Notes: generated from the sequence alone by a model not told the origin. DNA of 63,988 nt, filler included, from Stramenopiles sp. TOSAG23-2 (GCA_900128395.1; 13 parts of 13 records of this genome joined end to end with filler, not necessarily neighbours in it); one strand, 5' to 3'; shown: positions 1-12,013, counted from the first letter of the whole stretch. Program-made: numbers and translations.

Positions 1-694
1 GTACTCTACGCCTCATATTCATCATACCAGCCATTTTTAATTTAATAATTTTCTTCTTCTTCTTTTTGTATTATTATTGATATTATTATTATTATTACTA
101 GTGGGGTATGTGTTATTGTGTTTAATCTATGTTATGTGTCTATTCGATAGATCTATATGGTCTATTATTCGATAATAGATCGATTATTTATTATTCTATT
201 GCACTATTCAACTCTCTTTGTCACCGGTGTTTAATGCTATTTATATTGTAAATATTATACTGAAGAATAGCATTGAACAAAATGTGATTGTTGCTAATAT
301 TTTTGTTGTGGTGCTGTGCGTGAAAAAAAAAAATTTAAATTAAGATTTAGACTATGTTAATGTAAAGTGCTCCCAATATGTCCCCAAATAAATAGCAAGC
401 CCAAGGTTGTGCGGCAAAGTAGGGGACATATTGGGTATAATATAAAAAAAGAAACACAACTACAGATCTAGCTAGCAAGGACAGAAGAAAGAAAAAAAGA
501 ATACAACGGGAATCACAAGTCACAAGTCGTTGTAATAAATTACTTACAATACGTATGCACATAGAAGAAAAAGAAATACATGTATGTCGTCTAATGTACA
601 TAAATATTCAATATATACAATCAAAATAGATATATAATATAGATATAGATAGATAATACTTGTATATACACACAGGCAACTGTATAATATTGGT

Positions 695-2692
695 ATGGAG
701 AAAGATGATGATGTTGCCACCGACAAAGTCTCCATCGCAACTGGTATTATTACTAATGTAAAAGACATTGAACTGACAAATATTTCAGAAAATGATAATA
801 TAACAGATGCAAAAGTACCAGATGTAGATTCAACTTCGTCACTACCAAAAAAAAAGAAAAAACAGCAAAAAAAAGGTATTAGGCAGCAGCCCAAACAGGT
901 AAAAATTACTTTTTGTACCCACGTCGGCTGGGATGGTGCATTAGTATTGTTTTTATCTTTATGTATTGCAGGTTCATTTCTATATATAACATTTTTATAT
1001 ACAAAATCTTTTCAAGCATTTCATCGAGATGGTGTTGTTTTCTTTTTTATGTTTGCAATCTTTTATATGCTATTAAGTATTATATATGCTTTTACTTGGA
1101 AAAACTTAGCAAAGCGATATAATAACGAAAAGAAAATTTTTAGTAGAAGTAGAAAAACTCTATTTTCTAAACTTGTAGAATTTCGAAATAAATTTAATAT
1201 TAATGGTAGATTTTTTCTATGGAAATTTTATCTTATAGAATTTATAGAAAGTATTAATCAAATTATCAATTTAATTACGATTTATTTATGTACTCTGGAA
1301 ACAGGGATTACCATCGCAATTTGTCTTGTTTTTGCAACGGATGCATGCTTCCGTGCATATCAGTTAAATTTGCCACATTCACCGGAACGTCGGGATCGTC
1401 AAATTAAAATCGATATTGCAATAGATTTTTTTTGTGCAGGATTTCCATTATCTTTTATGTGGTTTCAGCATGAAATTCCAATTTCAATTTTTGAATTAAT
1501 GCAACTTATCCTTTGGCCTTCTATGTGTTTATTAAGCAAGTTACGTTCAATTTTTCAAGAAATTATTCGTAGTAGGACGTATAAACTAAAAATGATTGAA
1601 GAAGAGAGGTTTGCCAATAGTATAAATAGAATGAAACCAGAGTCAAATAGTGAACGCGTTATTATTATGCAGAAAAATCAAATGCGTAAAGAAGTTACGA
1701 CTGTGTTTTGTATTTATAATGTTTTGTATGGAATGTTTTTTTTCGTAGTTGCCATTGTACATTTGGCATCAGAATCTCCTAGTAGTTGTGATGCTGAAAT
1801 TTGGGGCAAAGGATGTCAAGTGAAAATACCTTTTTGTAAGAGTTTATTGACTCCTACATGTAATTGTGTATATTTAAAGATAGAAAATGATCCAACATTG
1901 GTTGCATTGCCAGAGGATATGACATCTGAGATGGCTGAGTTACGAAAAATTTTCATTCATAATTGTAATTTGACTGCGTTGCCTTCGAAGATGGAAGATT
2001 TGACGGAAATGGTTCATTTTCAAGTATCATACAATTATTTAAAAGAATTTAATGTAAATGTAACGAGATGGACGAAACTGAATACACTGTATTTTATGTC
2101 TAATAACATATCCAAATATAATGAAAAGGCCATATGGACTCACAGTACGCTAGCAGGACTAGGGCTTTCTGGCAATCAAATACAAATACCTAGTAAAGGT
2201 ATTTATTTGCCATCATTAACATATTTAGACATACGCGATAATAACGCTACTGTTAGTGAGCAGTTCAATGATAAATCGATGCCCAACATTATTGACATGT
2301 ATTTGAATGGAAATAATCTGGAGACAGTTGCGGGTATAATATTACTACGAAATACAATTGCGTACTTGGGTATTGCTCGTTGTAATTTGCATACACTTCC
2401 AGCAGATTTATCTAAATTTAAAAGTTTATCATACTTCGATGCAAGGGATAACTATCTGACATCTCTAGATAGTGGTTTGAAAATGTTGCTGGAAGCCAAT
2501 AACGTAGAATCATATTTTTCGGGCAATGATAAATTATGTAGTACCGATACGAGTTTGGATTGTGAACCACTTTGCTCAAAAACGTGTTGGAGTAGAAAAG
2601 TATCGGGTAATGGCCGTTGTGATTTAAATTGCAATTCAAAAGAGTGTGATTACGACGATGGGGATTGTATTGATGCAAAAGCATATTCATAA
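695..2692 (+). CDS. Multi-pass membrane protein with C-terminal leucine-rich repeats and a terminal LNR/Notch-like Cys module
   Basis: 665-aa ORF with about 6-7 hydrophobic segments, LRR consensus (LTYLDIRDNN, LSYFDARDNYL) and the C-terminal motif CSKTCWSRKVSGNGRCDLNCNSKECDYDDGDC. Confidence 0.85.
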   Translation: MEKDDDVATDKVSIATGIITNVKDIELTNISENDNITDAKVPDVDSTSSLPKKKKKQQKKGIRQQPKQVKITFCTHVGWDGALVLFLSLCIAGSFLYITFLYTKSFQAFHRDGVVFFFMFAIFYMLLSIIYAFTWKNLAKRYNNEKKIFSRSRKTLFSKLVEFRNKFNINGRFFLWKFYLIEFIESINQIINLITIYLCTLETGITIAICLVFATDACFRAYQLNLPHSPERRDRQIKIDIAIDFFCAGFPLSFMWFQHEIPISIFELMQLILWPSMCLLSKLRSIFQEIIRSRTYKLKMIEEERFANSINRMKPESNSERVIIMQKNQMRKEVTTVFCIYNVLYGMFFFVVAIVHLASESPSSCDAEIWGKGCQVKIPFCKSLLTPTCNCVYLKIENDPTLVALPEDMTSEMAELRKIFIHNCNLTALPSKMEDLTEMVHFQVSYNYLKEFNVNVTRWTKLNTLYFMSNNISKYNEKAIWTHSTLAGLGLSGNQIQIPSKGIYLPSLTYLDIRDNNATVSEQFNDKSMPNIIDMYLNGNNLETVAGIILLRNTIAYLGIARCNLHTLPADLSKFKSLSYFDARDNYLTSLDSGLKMLLEANNVESYFSGNDKLCSTDTSLDCEPLCSKTCWSRKVSGNGRCDLNCNSKECDYDDGDCIDAKAYS

Positions 2693-3107
2693 GATAATGG
2701 GGGCATATTTTTGAACAAAAAAATAAATATGATATATGCATACGTTTCGTACAAAAATGATATCATATGTAAAAGGTGTTTATAATATGAAGCTCTAATG
2801 CACATGTCTGCACTCTAATACTCTACGAAGTACAAGCACTGAGTAGTAGGTTTCTATCCTAACATACGCGTTCGTTGAACGTGCTGGACATCGTAATTAT
2901 AATTTAACGAAAGCTTCGTAATTATCATATCATATCATACATTATCATCATATCATAAAAAATTATCATAATAAAAAATATTTTATATAAAAATTTATGA
3001 CGTATAAAAAATAATATTATAATATTTTTTTAATTTTTTTTAATACTGGTATTGTTTAACAATTGACACATCCATCCGATATAATATTTCGTACGTACTT
3101 CGTATTT

Positions 3108-4913
3108 TTAACAAATGCCTCGATGACTTTGCAACAACCTTCTTCTTCTTCTAAATGGTAAAGGATGATCTCCATCACCTATCTTGCTTCCAAATGGATA
3201 TTTATATTCGAAATTTGATTTTGCTGCATAATATGCACAAGTTGTTAATGCGCAATGACCCAAACCAAATTTTTTGTCCCTTTGTCTATAAGCTGTAATA
3301 CCACCTGGTCCTCCTAGTTTTGTGCAGTCTTTTTCTGGATTAGTTCCTTTATGCGCCTTCTCCACTACTTCTTTCGGTGAACCAAGCTCGCCATTACAAA
3401 ATTCTTCCACGCAACCTAATCGCCGTGCGTCTTTTATATCGGTAGGTGGTTTCTTTTTTATTGTTTTGGAACACCAATCATCCGGTTGTTTCTCACCAAA
3501 GTAAGTGAAGACAGTATCCGTCGGCTTATAAATTTTCTCTTTTTTTATAAACCCATTTGTTTTTGTGTTCGTCCAACACCCCCACTTGCACGCGGCTGTT
3601 GCATCCCAGTAACCACTACTTTCCCCATCCCAGTAATCACTACTTTCCTCATCCTTATTGCTGTCTTTAGGAAATGTATGGCTAAAACCTTGACAGTTAC
3701 TTGATTTATCGCAAATTGCCATAACGTCCTTTAATTTCCTAGGAACCGAATTATCATTAATGAACTTTTGGCAGTCAGGTGTATTTTTGCAATATTTATA
3801 CGAGGTCAAAAAGCTAGTATATTCATGTTTCTTTCCTTTACCAACATAAAGTTTACTTGCAATACCAGGTGAGCCAAAACCAGCCGTATGACTTCGAATG
3901 TATCCTCTCTTATCTATCTTTCTGCTTGGAGATTTATATTTATTTTTCTGGAAATAATAATTGTCTAATACCCATATATTCATACCTTTAACTAATTGTC
4001 GTGGCTCCGGTTCCTCTTCCTCCTCCTCCTCCGGCTCGAGTATTTTAGTCTGTATTGTTGTCGTTAGATTTACCTGTAACGTTTCCCATATTACGCGCGC
4101 TTCTACTTCTGTTGGTATTTCTGGTTCATGTTTACAACCATTAAAAATATTTTTTTTTCTTTTTTTGTCTATTTCTTTCCATTTATGTCTTTTGCATACT
4201 TTCTCATCTTTTTTAATAGCATCTTCATTTTTATCACTTATTTCTGTATCAGTCTTGCACTCTAAAAGAGAGACATTAAACCTTTTCTTACACCGACAAT
4301 TATCTTCTTCTACTAACGAAATTGTTAAGTATGTCTTCTCAAAACCAGAGAGGGGAAAACCTTTTTCCTTACTGAATTGAGCTTCACGTTTGCAGTCAAA
4401 AAGATATGTTGCGTTTATCTTCGAATTCATAGCCATAAGGCACAAATTCATAAACCATGTTTCCTTTCCCCACTTTTCACATGCTCTTTTGTTGTATTCT
4501 TCTTGATTGCAATCGCAATTTTCATCTTTGCATTTTTCGTCGTAGTCATCTCTCCGCTTGTGTTCTTTTGTGTGATTACATTTCAGTTCAGGCTTACGAC
4601 ATTGTCCTTCATCTGGTATAGGGTATTCAGGTGCTTCGTCTTTTGATAGACAATAGTCTTGTCTGCATTTAGGTACCTTCTCTTTCTTCTTTGCTACATC
4701 GCAATATTTATTTTTGCATTGCATCAGTTTCATCATTGGTGGTGGTTCTGTCGTAGATTCCCCTCCTTCTCCTTTCCCTGCTATTTTTTTTTGAGCTCTT
4801 TGAGTTAACATTTGACGAATCTCTTTACGAGTTATTTTATGATGGACACTTTCTGCATTCTTTCCTACGAAAACCAATGTACATATTATTAACAACAATA
4901 AATAAGTCTTCAT
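3108..4913 (-). CDS. Secreted Cys/Lys-rich protein of unknown function
   Basis: 601-aa ORF. Signal peptide-like N-terminus MKTYLLLLIICTLVFVG, many Cys, ends RRRRRLLQSHRGIC. Confidence 0.75.
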   Translation of the reverse strand: MKTYLLLLIICTLVFVGKNAESVHHKITRKEIRQMLTQRAQKKIAGKGEGGESTTEPPPMMKLMQCKNKYCDVAKKKEKVPKCRQDYCLSKDEAPEYPIPDEGQCRKPELKCNHTKEHKRRDDYDEKCKDENCDCNQEEYNKRACEKWGKETWFMNLCLMAMNSKINATYLFDCKREAQFSKEKGFPLSGFEKTYLTISLVEEDNCRCKKRFNVSLLECKTDTEISDKNEDAIKKDEKVCKRHKWKEIDKKRKKNIFNGCKHEPEIPTEVEARVIWETLQVNLTTTIQTKILEPEEEEEEEPEPRQLVKGMNIWVLDNYYFQKNKYKSPSRKIDKRGYIRSHTAGFGSPGIASKLYVGKGKKHEYTSFLTSYKYCKNTPDCQKFINDNSVPRKLKDVMAICDKSSNCQGFSHTFPKDSNKDEESSDYWDGESSGYWDATAACKWGCWTNTKTNGFIKKEKIYKPTDTVFTYFGEKQPDDWCSKTIKKKPPTDIKDARRLGCVEEFCNGELGSPKEVVEKAHKGTNPEKDCTKLGGPGGITAYRQRDKKFGLGHCALTTCAYYAAKSNFEYKYPFGSKIGDGDHPLPFRRRRRLLQSHRGIC

Positions 4914-5130
4914 GATTTTTTTCTTAATACAACTCCTACGTTATTGTATTTCATACATAAATAGTTCGTTGTTTATTTGTTTCTTTATGTTTATTATACT
5001 AACTTTTATATCTATTAAATTTTCTTTTTTCTGTATGCATCATATTACAATACTACAAACTACAAGTAATGTTTGTTGTTGCGATGGCCAGCGGCCAGCC
5101 TTAATCTAGGTCCTAGACTTTTCAGCCTCC

Positions 5131-5131
5131 T

Positions 5132-5162
<31 letters not shown>

Positions 5163-5163
5163 C

Positions 5164-5196
<33 letters not shown>
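5131..5196 (-). repeat. Long poly(T) tract, i.e. poly(A) on the minus strand
   Basis: About 60 T interrupted by cccc. Confidence 0.9.
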
Positions 5197-5912
5197 CACA
5201 CCTCACGTTTTAATCCTCTTTTCCAGCCGGTTGTGAACAGCAACTGCAACACAAGCTAACCATACGCATATAATAGTAGCACAGGAGATTACGAAGCCTT
5301 AAAGATCACAGGTAGCAAAATTTCAGAAATCGAAAAAAACACACGCATTAACTGCCATTTGTTTGTATGGTAAGAAGTATATAATCGATGCTATCAACAC
5401 ATTGTAATTTAAAAAACGTCTTAACACTGATAACAATGGAAAAACAATGCCACGTTCAAAAATTAGCTCATTTTTTTGATGACTTCCTCCAGATTTTTTT
5501 TATTATTTAATAATAATAATAAAGAAGTATCGTACGATGTGTGGTATAAGTGTGGATCTCTTTCGACACTCCTCAAATCAAGAGCGAAAAATGATACCTG
5601 AGATGTATTGGTGAATATGTTATTGTTGTAACAGATATTGATAATCACATCAATTTTAATGATGATCTTGATACTGATCAATCCTTGCCAGAAGAGAACA
5701 AAAAACAGGAAAGGCAAAAGCAAAACAGGCAAAAGACCACCACACAAAACAAGAAGAGCCACAAAAGGAAGGGACAGAGAGAGAAACAAAACAGGGAGAA
5801 GAAGAGGAAAGAAACAAGAACCAGAAGAAAGGAGAAGCAGAACAAGCAAACGGCAAACAACGAAACGGAGAACGAGGGAAAAAAAAAAAAGACACTGGAG
5901 AAGAAGGACAAA

Positions 5913-6012
5913 NNNNNNNNNNNNNNNNNNNNNNNNNNNNNNNNNNNNNNNNNNNNTTAATTAATTAANNNNNNNNNNNNNNNNNNNNNNNNNNNNNNNN
6001 NNNNNNNNNNNN
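5913..6012. other. Artificial contig linker N44-TTAATTAATTAA-N44. Identical linkers at 11913-12012, 17912-18011, 23909-24008, 29903-30002, 35895-35994, 41883-41982, 47870-47969, 53852-53951, 59830-59929, 61217-61316, 62603-62702
   Basis: Twelve identical 100-nt spacers with a six-frame stop core. Contig lengths fall monotonically (5900, 5899, 5897 ... 5878, then 1287, 1286, 1286). Confidence 0.99.
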
Positions 6013-6270
6013 TATGGCTATAACAGCCGCCCCCGCGGCACTTATCGATGTCCCGTAAAGGGATATAGAATATACTAAAAAAATAAAAAAAAAGAATATA
6101 AATATGCACCATATGGCAGCAATAATATAAATAATATAGCCAGTTCCATTAATCTAGAATTAAGGTTATTATACATAAATTCTTATACATTAACATATAA
6201 ATATCATTGTTTACGATGCGTAGCAGGGGGATAGCAAAAGAATTATATGAGGAGATTAAAACCATACATT

Positions 6271-6544
6271 GGCACATTGCATACTATTATTCTAATTCGG
6301 TTATGATGCTTGAACATTTTTTTTTTTTACGAGATGCGTATTTTCGGATATTATTAGATTAAATAATTTAATTTTTCAAGTTATTTGTCGGTTTCGTCAT
6401 TTAAATAGTAATATTATTAGTTTTTGATCAAGGTAATTTTCACTCAAAATTTTACTAAAATCAGTGATGTCATTTTTGGAATTTAGATGTCGATATTTTT
6501 TCGATCTGAAAAAAAAATGTTCAAGCATATATTAATATAGTGCC
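6271..6544. mobile_element. MITE-like element, degenerate copy
   Basis: Inverted repeats atgcttgaacattttttttt (from 6306) and aaaaaaaaatgttcaagcat (to 6528). The body is the reverse complement of 57511-57760. Confidence 0.75.
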
Positions 6545-7105
6545 ATTATAGTCGGCTTAGGTATGTAGAGATCCCAGAGATCTTGCTGTGTCTATGTTTT
6601 AGTGCCGCTGGCTACCACAACTGGTGGTATTCTAATTGCATTTGTACGTGTGCTTTAGCTTTTCAGCTTTCCCAAGGCAATTTTTTAGCTGGGAGATAGT
6701 ACAAGAAAACCATCCAAGATCCAAGTTGAACACCAAAAAAAAAAAATAATTTTTGTTGATTGAAGAAGAAGAATGAAAAGAAGAAGCAGAAGGGCCGAAA
6801 AAGATTCTTTTTAGCTCTATAAATTTGATGAAGAGAACCTTTCCCCCAACATATATGTTTACTACCACATTTTATATTTCAAACCCAGAAAATTGTAAAA
6901 GAGACACGTTTCAAAATATATAACCTGGATATTACATAAAATAGTAAGATCTTGTTTTATTGATTAGGAATAATTTATATCTACATATATAAGTTTTGCA
7001 TATTTTTTTTTTACATATATATAAATTTGTGATTATTATTTATTTGAATAATTTTAAAATTCTTCCATTTTTTTAAACATTATATTATCACCACAAAAAG
7101 GCATC

Positions 7106-10090
7106 ATGTTTTTAAGATCAACAACGTTAAATATGGTTAAAAAACTACCAAAATCATCGTTTCTACCAGACAGTACTTTGCAATTACGTGCGTTGTCTTC
7201 CGTTGCAGATGAAGTTTTTACTATGCATGATCAATTTGAAAGACGTCATATTGGACCATCTCCTGAAGATCAAATAGAAATGTTAGACTTCTGTGGCTTA
7301 AAATCCTTTGATGATTTAGTTGACAAAACAGTACCTTCTCAAATTAGGCATGATTTCAAACTAAATTTAATGCCAACTATGAGTGAATCCGAAGCAACCG
7401 AAACATTGCGAACGATGGCTAAAAAGAACACTGAAATCAAATCGTTAATAGGAATGGGATATTATGGAAATTTTACACCAAATGTTATACGCAGAAATTT
7501 AATTGAAGACCCACAATGGTATACAAGTTATACACCATATCAACCTGAAATTAGTCAAGGCCGTTTAGAAATGTTATTGAATTACCAAACGATGGTAACC
7601 GATATGACTGGTTTGGAATTTTCAAATGCCTCGCTGTTAGATGAAGGGACATCAGCTGCGGAGGCAATGCAATTGGCGCATTCTGTACATCGTAGTAAAC
7701 GTGGTAAATATTTTGTAAGCGAAGGCGTACATCCACATACTATTGATTTAATTGAAACACGTGCAACATTATTAGGAATAGATGTTGTTGTTGGCAAGCC
7801 TGAAGATATCACTGATTTTAAATCTTTTTCTGGTGTAATGGTGCAATATCCTGATACGTTTGGTTGTGTGAATGATTATGAAGATTTCGCAGCTGCTGCA
7901 AAACAAGAAAAATGCGTTGTTGTTGCTGCATCTGATTTATTATCCTTAGCTATTTTAAAGCCACCTGGTGATTGGGGTGCAGATGTATGTGTTGGTTCTG
8001 CACAACGTTTAGGCGTACCAATGTTTTACGGTGGTCCACATGCTGGATTTTTTGCATGCCATGAAAAATACAATCGTAAAATGCCTGGTAGAATTATTGG
8101 TGTATCGATCGATTCAAGAGGAGAAGCTGCATATCGTTTAGCCATGCAAACGCGTGAACAGCATATTAGACGCGATAAGGCTACATCAAACATATGTACT
8201 GCCCAAGCTTTGCTTGCAAACACTGCAGCGAGTTATTGCGTATATCATGGTCCAGAAGGTCTTAAAAAAATTGCTGCCCGTGTAAAAGGAATGACTGGGC
8301 TTTTAAGAGCTGCATTAGAGAGCAATGGATTTAACATTAAAGGTGATGCTCATTTTGATACGTTAACAATTGAATGCAATGCCAATGATGTTATCTTAGC
8401 ATGTGAAAAGAATGGATACAACTTGCGTAAGATTGATGACAATCATGTTGCAATATCATTAGATGAAACATGTACGAAAAAGGATGTGCAAGGTGTATTG
8501 AATGGTTTTGGTTGCGCAAATGATGACGCTGCATTGGAGGAAGCAGGTGCAAATAGTACAGGTAGTTATTTCACTGGGGAATTTGAACGTACTAGCCCAT
8601 ACCTGGAACATCCAATTTTCAATATGCATCATTCTGAGACTGACATGATGCGTTACCTTTGCACATTGTCAAATAAGGACGTATCGTTAACCAACTCGAT
8701 GATAGCATTAGGATCCTGCACGATGAAATTAAACTCTGCATTGGAAATGGAACCTGTTTCATGGCCAGAATTTGCAAATATACATCCGTTTGCACCATCT
8801 CATCAAGTTACAGGTTATAAGGAAATGATCGATACCTTAAATGGCGCATTGGCGGAAATTACACAATTTGCTGCTGTATCTACCCAGCCCAATTCCGGCG
8901 CAGCTGGGGAATATGCGGGTTTATTCTGTATCCGTAAATACCATGAAGGCAACGGTGAAGCTCATCGTAACATATGCTTGATTCCATTATCAGCTCATGG
9001 TACAAATCCAGCAAGTGCCGTCATGGCAGGTATGAAAGTCGTTACTGTGAAAAGTGATGAATTAGGAAATGTTGATATAGATGATTTAAAAGCAAAAGCA
9101 GAGAAACACAAAGATAATCTAGGTGCCTTAATGGTAACGTATCCATCAACATATGGTGTGTTTGAGGAAGGTATTGTTGAAATTATTGATACCATTCATA
9201 GTCGCGGTGGACAAGTATACATGGATGGGGCAAATATGAATGCTCAAGTAGGATTATGTAGTCCTGGTAAAATTGGCGCAGACGTATGTCATTTGAATTT
9301 ACATAAAACATTTTGTATTCCACATGGTGGTGGTGGTCCAGGAGTTGGATCCATTGGTGTTGCAAAACATTTAGCTCCTTACCTACCAGGCCACAGCATT
9401 TGCCCCGTCTCTGGAGAAGGTGACAATGTTGTAGAAAAAAATCATTCTGCTATTGCAAGTGCTCAATTTGGTAGTGCTGGTATTCTTCCAATATCATGGA
9501 TGTATATTCATATGTTAGGAACAGATGGTTTGGAACATGCTACAAAAATGGCTATTTTAAATGCAAATTACATGGCAAAACGTTTAGAAGACCATTATAA
9601 AATTTTATATCGTGGCAAGAACGGCCAATGTGCTCATGAGTTTATTATTGATTTGAGACCAATTAAAGAAATTAGTGAATTAGCAGAAGCAGATGTTGCA
9701 AAGCGTTTGATGGACTTTGGTTTCCATTCCCCAACCATGTCATGGCCAGTACCGGGTACAATTATGGTAGAACCAACTGAAAGTGAAAGCAAAGATGAAT
9801 TAGATCGATTTTGCGATGCTATGTTAGTAATCAGACAAGAAATTGACGATGTTCTTGATGGCAAAGTGCGTGCCGAGGATAGTCCATTGAAAAATGCGCC
9901 TCATACCGCTGATGTTGTCACAGCAACTAATTGGGACAAACTTTATTCAAGAGAAGTTGCTAGCTATCCTTTACCATGGGTTAAATCGAATAAAATATGG
10001 CCAACTGTAGGAAGAATTGACGATACATACGGTGATAGAAATTTAATTTGTACGTGCCCACCACTAACTGAGTATGAAGAGGCATTTTAA
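7106..10090 (+). CDS. GLDC: Glycine dehydrogenase (decarboxylating), glycine cleavage P protein, mitochondrial
   Basis: 994 aa. Motifs FERRHIGP, YTPYQPEISQGRLE, REQHIRRDKATSNICTAQALLAN, PLP-lysine motif HLNLHKTFCIPHGGGGPG, GDRNLICTCPP. Basic Ser-rich N-terminal presequence. Confidence 0.98.
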   Translation: MFLRSTTLNMVKKLPKSSFLPDSTLQLRALSSVADEVFTMHDQFERRHIGPSPEDQIEMLDFCGLKSFDDLVDKTVPSQIRHDFKLNLMPTMSESEATETLRTMAKKNTEIKSLIGMGYYGNFTPNVIRRNLIEDPQWYTSYTPYQPEISQGRLEMLLNYQTMVTDMTGLEFSNASLLDEGTSAAEAMQLAHSVHRSKRGKYFVSEGVHPHTIDLIETRATLLGIDVVVGKPEDITDFKSFSGVMVQYPDTFGCVNDYEDFAAAAKQEKCVVVAASDLLSLAILKPPGDWGADVCVGSAQRLGVPMFYGGPHAGFFACHEKYNRKMPGRIIGVSIDSRGEAAYRLAMQTREQHIRRDKATSNICTAQALLANTAASYCVYHGPEGLKKIAARVKGMTGLLRAALESNGFNIKGDAHFDTLTIECNANDVILACEKNGYNLRKIDDNHVAISLDETCTKKDVQGVLNGFGCANDDAALEEAGANSTGSYFTGEFERTSPYLEHPIFNMHHSETDMMRYLCTLSNKDVSLTNSMIALGSCTMKLNSALEMEPVSWPEFANIHPFAPSHQVTGYKEMIDTLNGALAEITQFAAVSTQPNSGAAGEYAGLFCIRKYHEGNGEAHRNICLIPLSAHGTNPASAVMAGMKVVTVKSDELGNVDIDDLKAKAEKHKDNLGALMVTYPSTYGVFEEGIVEIIDTIHSRGGQVYMDGANMNAQVGLCSPGKIGADVCHLNLHKTFCIPHGGGGPGVGSIGVAKHLAPYLPGHSICPVSGEGDNVVEKNHSAIASAQFGSAGILPISWMYIHMLGTDGLEHATKMAILNANYMAKRLEDHYKILYRGKNGQCAHEFIIDLRPIKEISELAEADVAKRLMDFGFHSPTMSWPVPGTIMVEPTESESKDELDRFCDAMLVIRQEIDDVLDGKVRAEDSPLKNAPHTADVVTATNWDKLYSREVASYPLPWVKSNKIWPTVGRIDDTYGDRNLICTCPPLTEYEEAF

Positions 10091-10731
10091 TTTTTTCATT
10101 GAGTGATAGAAAGAGAGAAAATAAGGAAATTAAAACCACAAGAAAATCAAAAAAGAAAAAAAAAATCCGACGAAGAAGAAAGGAAAATATGTAATTTTAC
10201 ATATGTGTACATATTTATATATATATATAATAATTGAAAAATATCACTTTATCATACATATATTAATCAGGAAAGATATTAATGCTTCAATGTGTCTGGT
10301 ATACATCATACCCGGCCGAAAAATGAAAAAAAAAGGGAGAGAGAAATTAAAAATTTGTGTGTGCGTTCTGTGTGAGTATGAGTATTTTGTACGTAATATT
10401 TAGACTCTTAAATATTATTAAAAGTGAATGTGGTATATAAAAATTTTCTCTTATACTGAATGTGGTATATATTATAATTATATAATATCTCTGTAATATT
10501 TATATTTTAAAAACGGACTTGTGTACGAATCCGATTACACTCTCGTTTTTTTTTTACTTCGTACGTTGTTCACTACGAATACGGCACTTCTCAGATGACC
10601 ACAAAATATCAAAATACCAATATATACATGTGTATAGTGTGATAATATATATATTTAATGTTTCCTATCCACACTATAATAATTTACATAAATTTATCGC
10701 TTGCCTCATTAATATATCATAAATCAATACC

Positions 10732-11691
10732 TTATACATCAGTTTCGGGTGATGGTGGGGGTGGTATTTTTTCATGTAATGATGAAACTAAAGCTTTCAA
10801 TGTATCATGGCCACCAAGACCTTCTATTATCTCATATATCTCCGTTTTCAAAGTAACAACTTTATCATATGTATATTTCATACTACCTATTTTATATAAG
10901 TATTCGACCGCATGTTTTTTTACATCAACATCCTCTGTTCTTTGTTTTAAGATATTTAATAAACGATTATCATGTGTTTTAGATTGGATGCCATGTATGA
11001 TCGGGAATGAAAATTTTCCTTCTGTCAAATCTTCACAAAAACTTTTATGATCATGATAATCTTTACTAACTAAATTCATATAATCATCTCTTATTTGAAA
11101 GTATATAGCCAGTTTATTCAATAGTGGATTAAAATCAAGTTTACAACCATTATTAAATGCTTTCATTAGCCCAACAGCAAGTCGGAAGAGACCACCAGTT
11201 TTATCTTTTACCATTTTAATATATTGCTCCTCGGTTGGGCAGGTCAACGTATCACGCCATAATATATCTTGTCCTTGCCCACGGTGTAAATTTAACAACT
11301 CATCAATAAATACATCTAACGCTTCTAAATTTCCTAAATTGCGACATTTTTCTAAAGCCAATATATATACATAATTTGCTGTATTCAATGTATGTGGTAT
11401 CCCATAAATACTATGAGCGACTGGTATTCCACGCCTTAGCTTTGAGTTATCTTCGATATCATCTACTAACAATGATGCTGTATGTAAATTTCGTACAACT
11501 TCCCCAATTTCTTTCGCTTTGTCTTGTGGTATATTTAACCATACATTAAAAGCCTTTATTAAAAGACCTCTAACATTTTTACCAGGAACTTCCATAATAT
11601 ATCTCCATGGCTCTAATAACGATTCATCTATATCATGTGATTGTGACGGTCGTTTCATTGGTATACCAGGAGGTGTTGTAGATGAGAACAT
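10732..11691 (-). CDS. GGPS1: Geranylgeranyl diphosphate synthase (animal/fungal type trans-prenyltransferase)
   Basis: PGKNVR, LHTASLLVDDIEDNSKLRRG (FARM), KTGGLFRLA, FQIRDDYMNL (SARM), EDLTEGKFSFPIIH. Confidence 0.95.
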   Translation of the reverse strand: MFSSTTPPGIPMKRPSQSHDIDESLLEPWRYIMEVPGKNVRGLLIKAFNVWLNIPQDKAKEIGEVVRNLHTASLLVDDIEDNSKLRRGIPVAHSIYGIPHTLNTANYVYILALEKCRNLGNLEALDVFIDELLNLHRGQGQDILWRDTLTCPTEEQYIKMVKDKTGGLFRLAVGLMKAFNNGCKLDFNPLLNKLAIYFQIRDDYMNLVSKDYHDHKSFCEDLTEGKFSFPIIHGIQSKTHDNRLLNILKQRTEDVDVKKHAVEYLYKIGSMKYTYDKVVTLKTEIYEIIEGLGGHDTLKALVSSLHEKIPPPPSPETDV

Positions 11692-12013
11692 TGTTATCTA
11701 CTTGTTGATTTCTGTGATAATAATATTATATATTATTATTGTCTTTTCTTGTTTCCATTTTCTATTTTAAAAAATGTTGAATAATCTTTTTACTTACTTT
11801 TGTATACTTACACTTTATTCATATATGTAAGGATTAATAAGAAAGATTAAAATGCGTGAGTCATCCTCTAAAATGTGTATTCTTGGCGACACGTCGAATT
11901 AAGGTAAAATTANNNNNNNNNNNNNNNNNNNNNNNNNNNNNNNNNNNNNNNNNNNNTTAATTAATTAANNNNNNNNNNNNNNNNNNNNNNNNNNNNNNNN
12001 NNNNNNNNNNNNC

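Noticed and set aside
5463-5964. Several overlapping ORFs (Arg/Lys-rich, or Phe/Leu-rich on the opposite strand)
   Set aside because: These are by-products of purine-skewed low-complexity sequence and have no domain features.
7106-11691. GLDC and GGPPS as a functional cluster
   Set aside because: Unrelated housekeeping pathways in an ordinary convergent arrangement.
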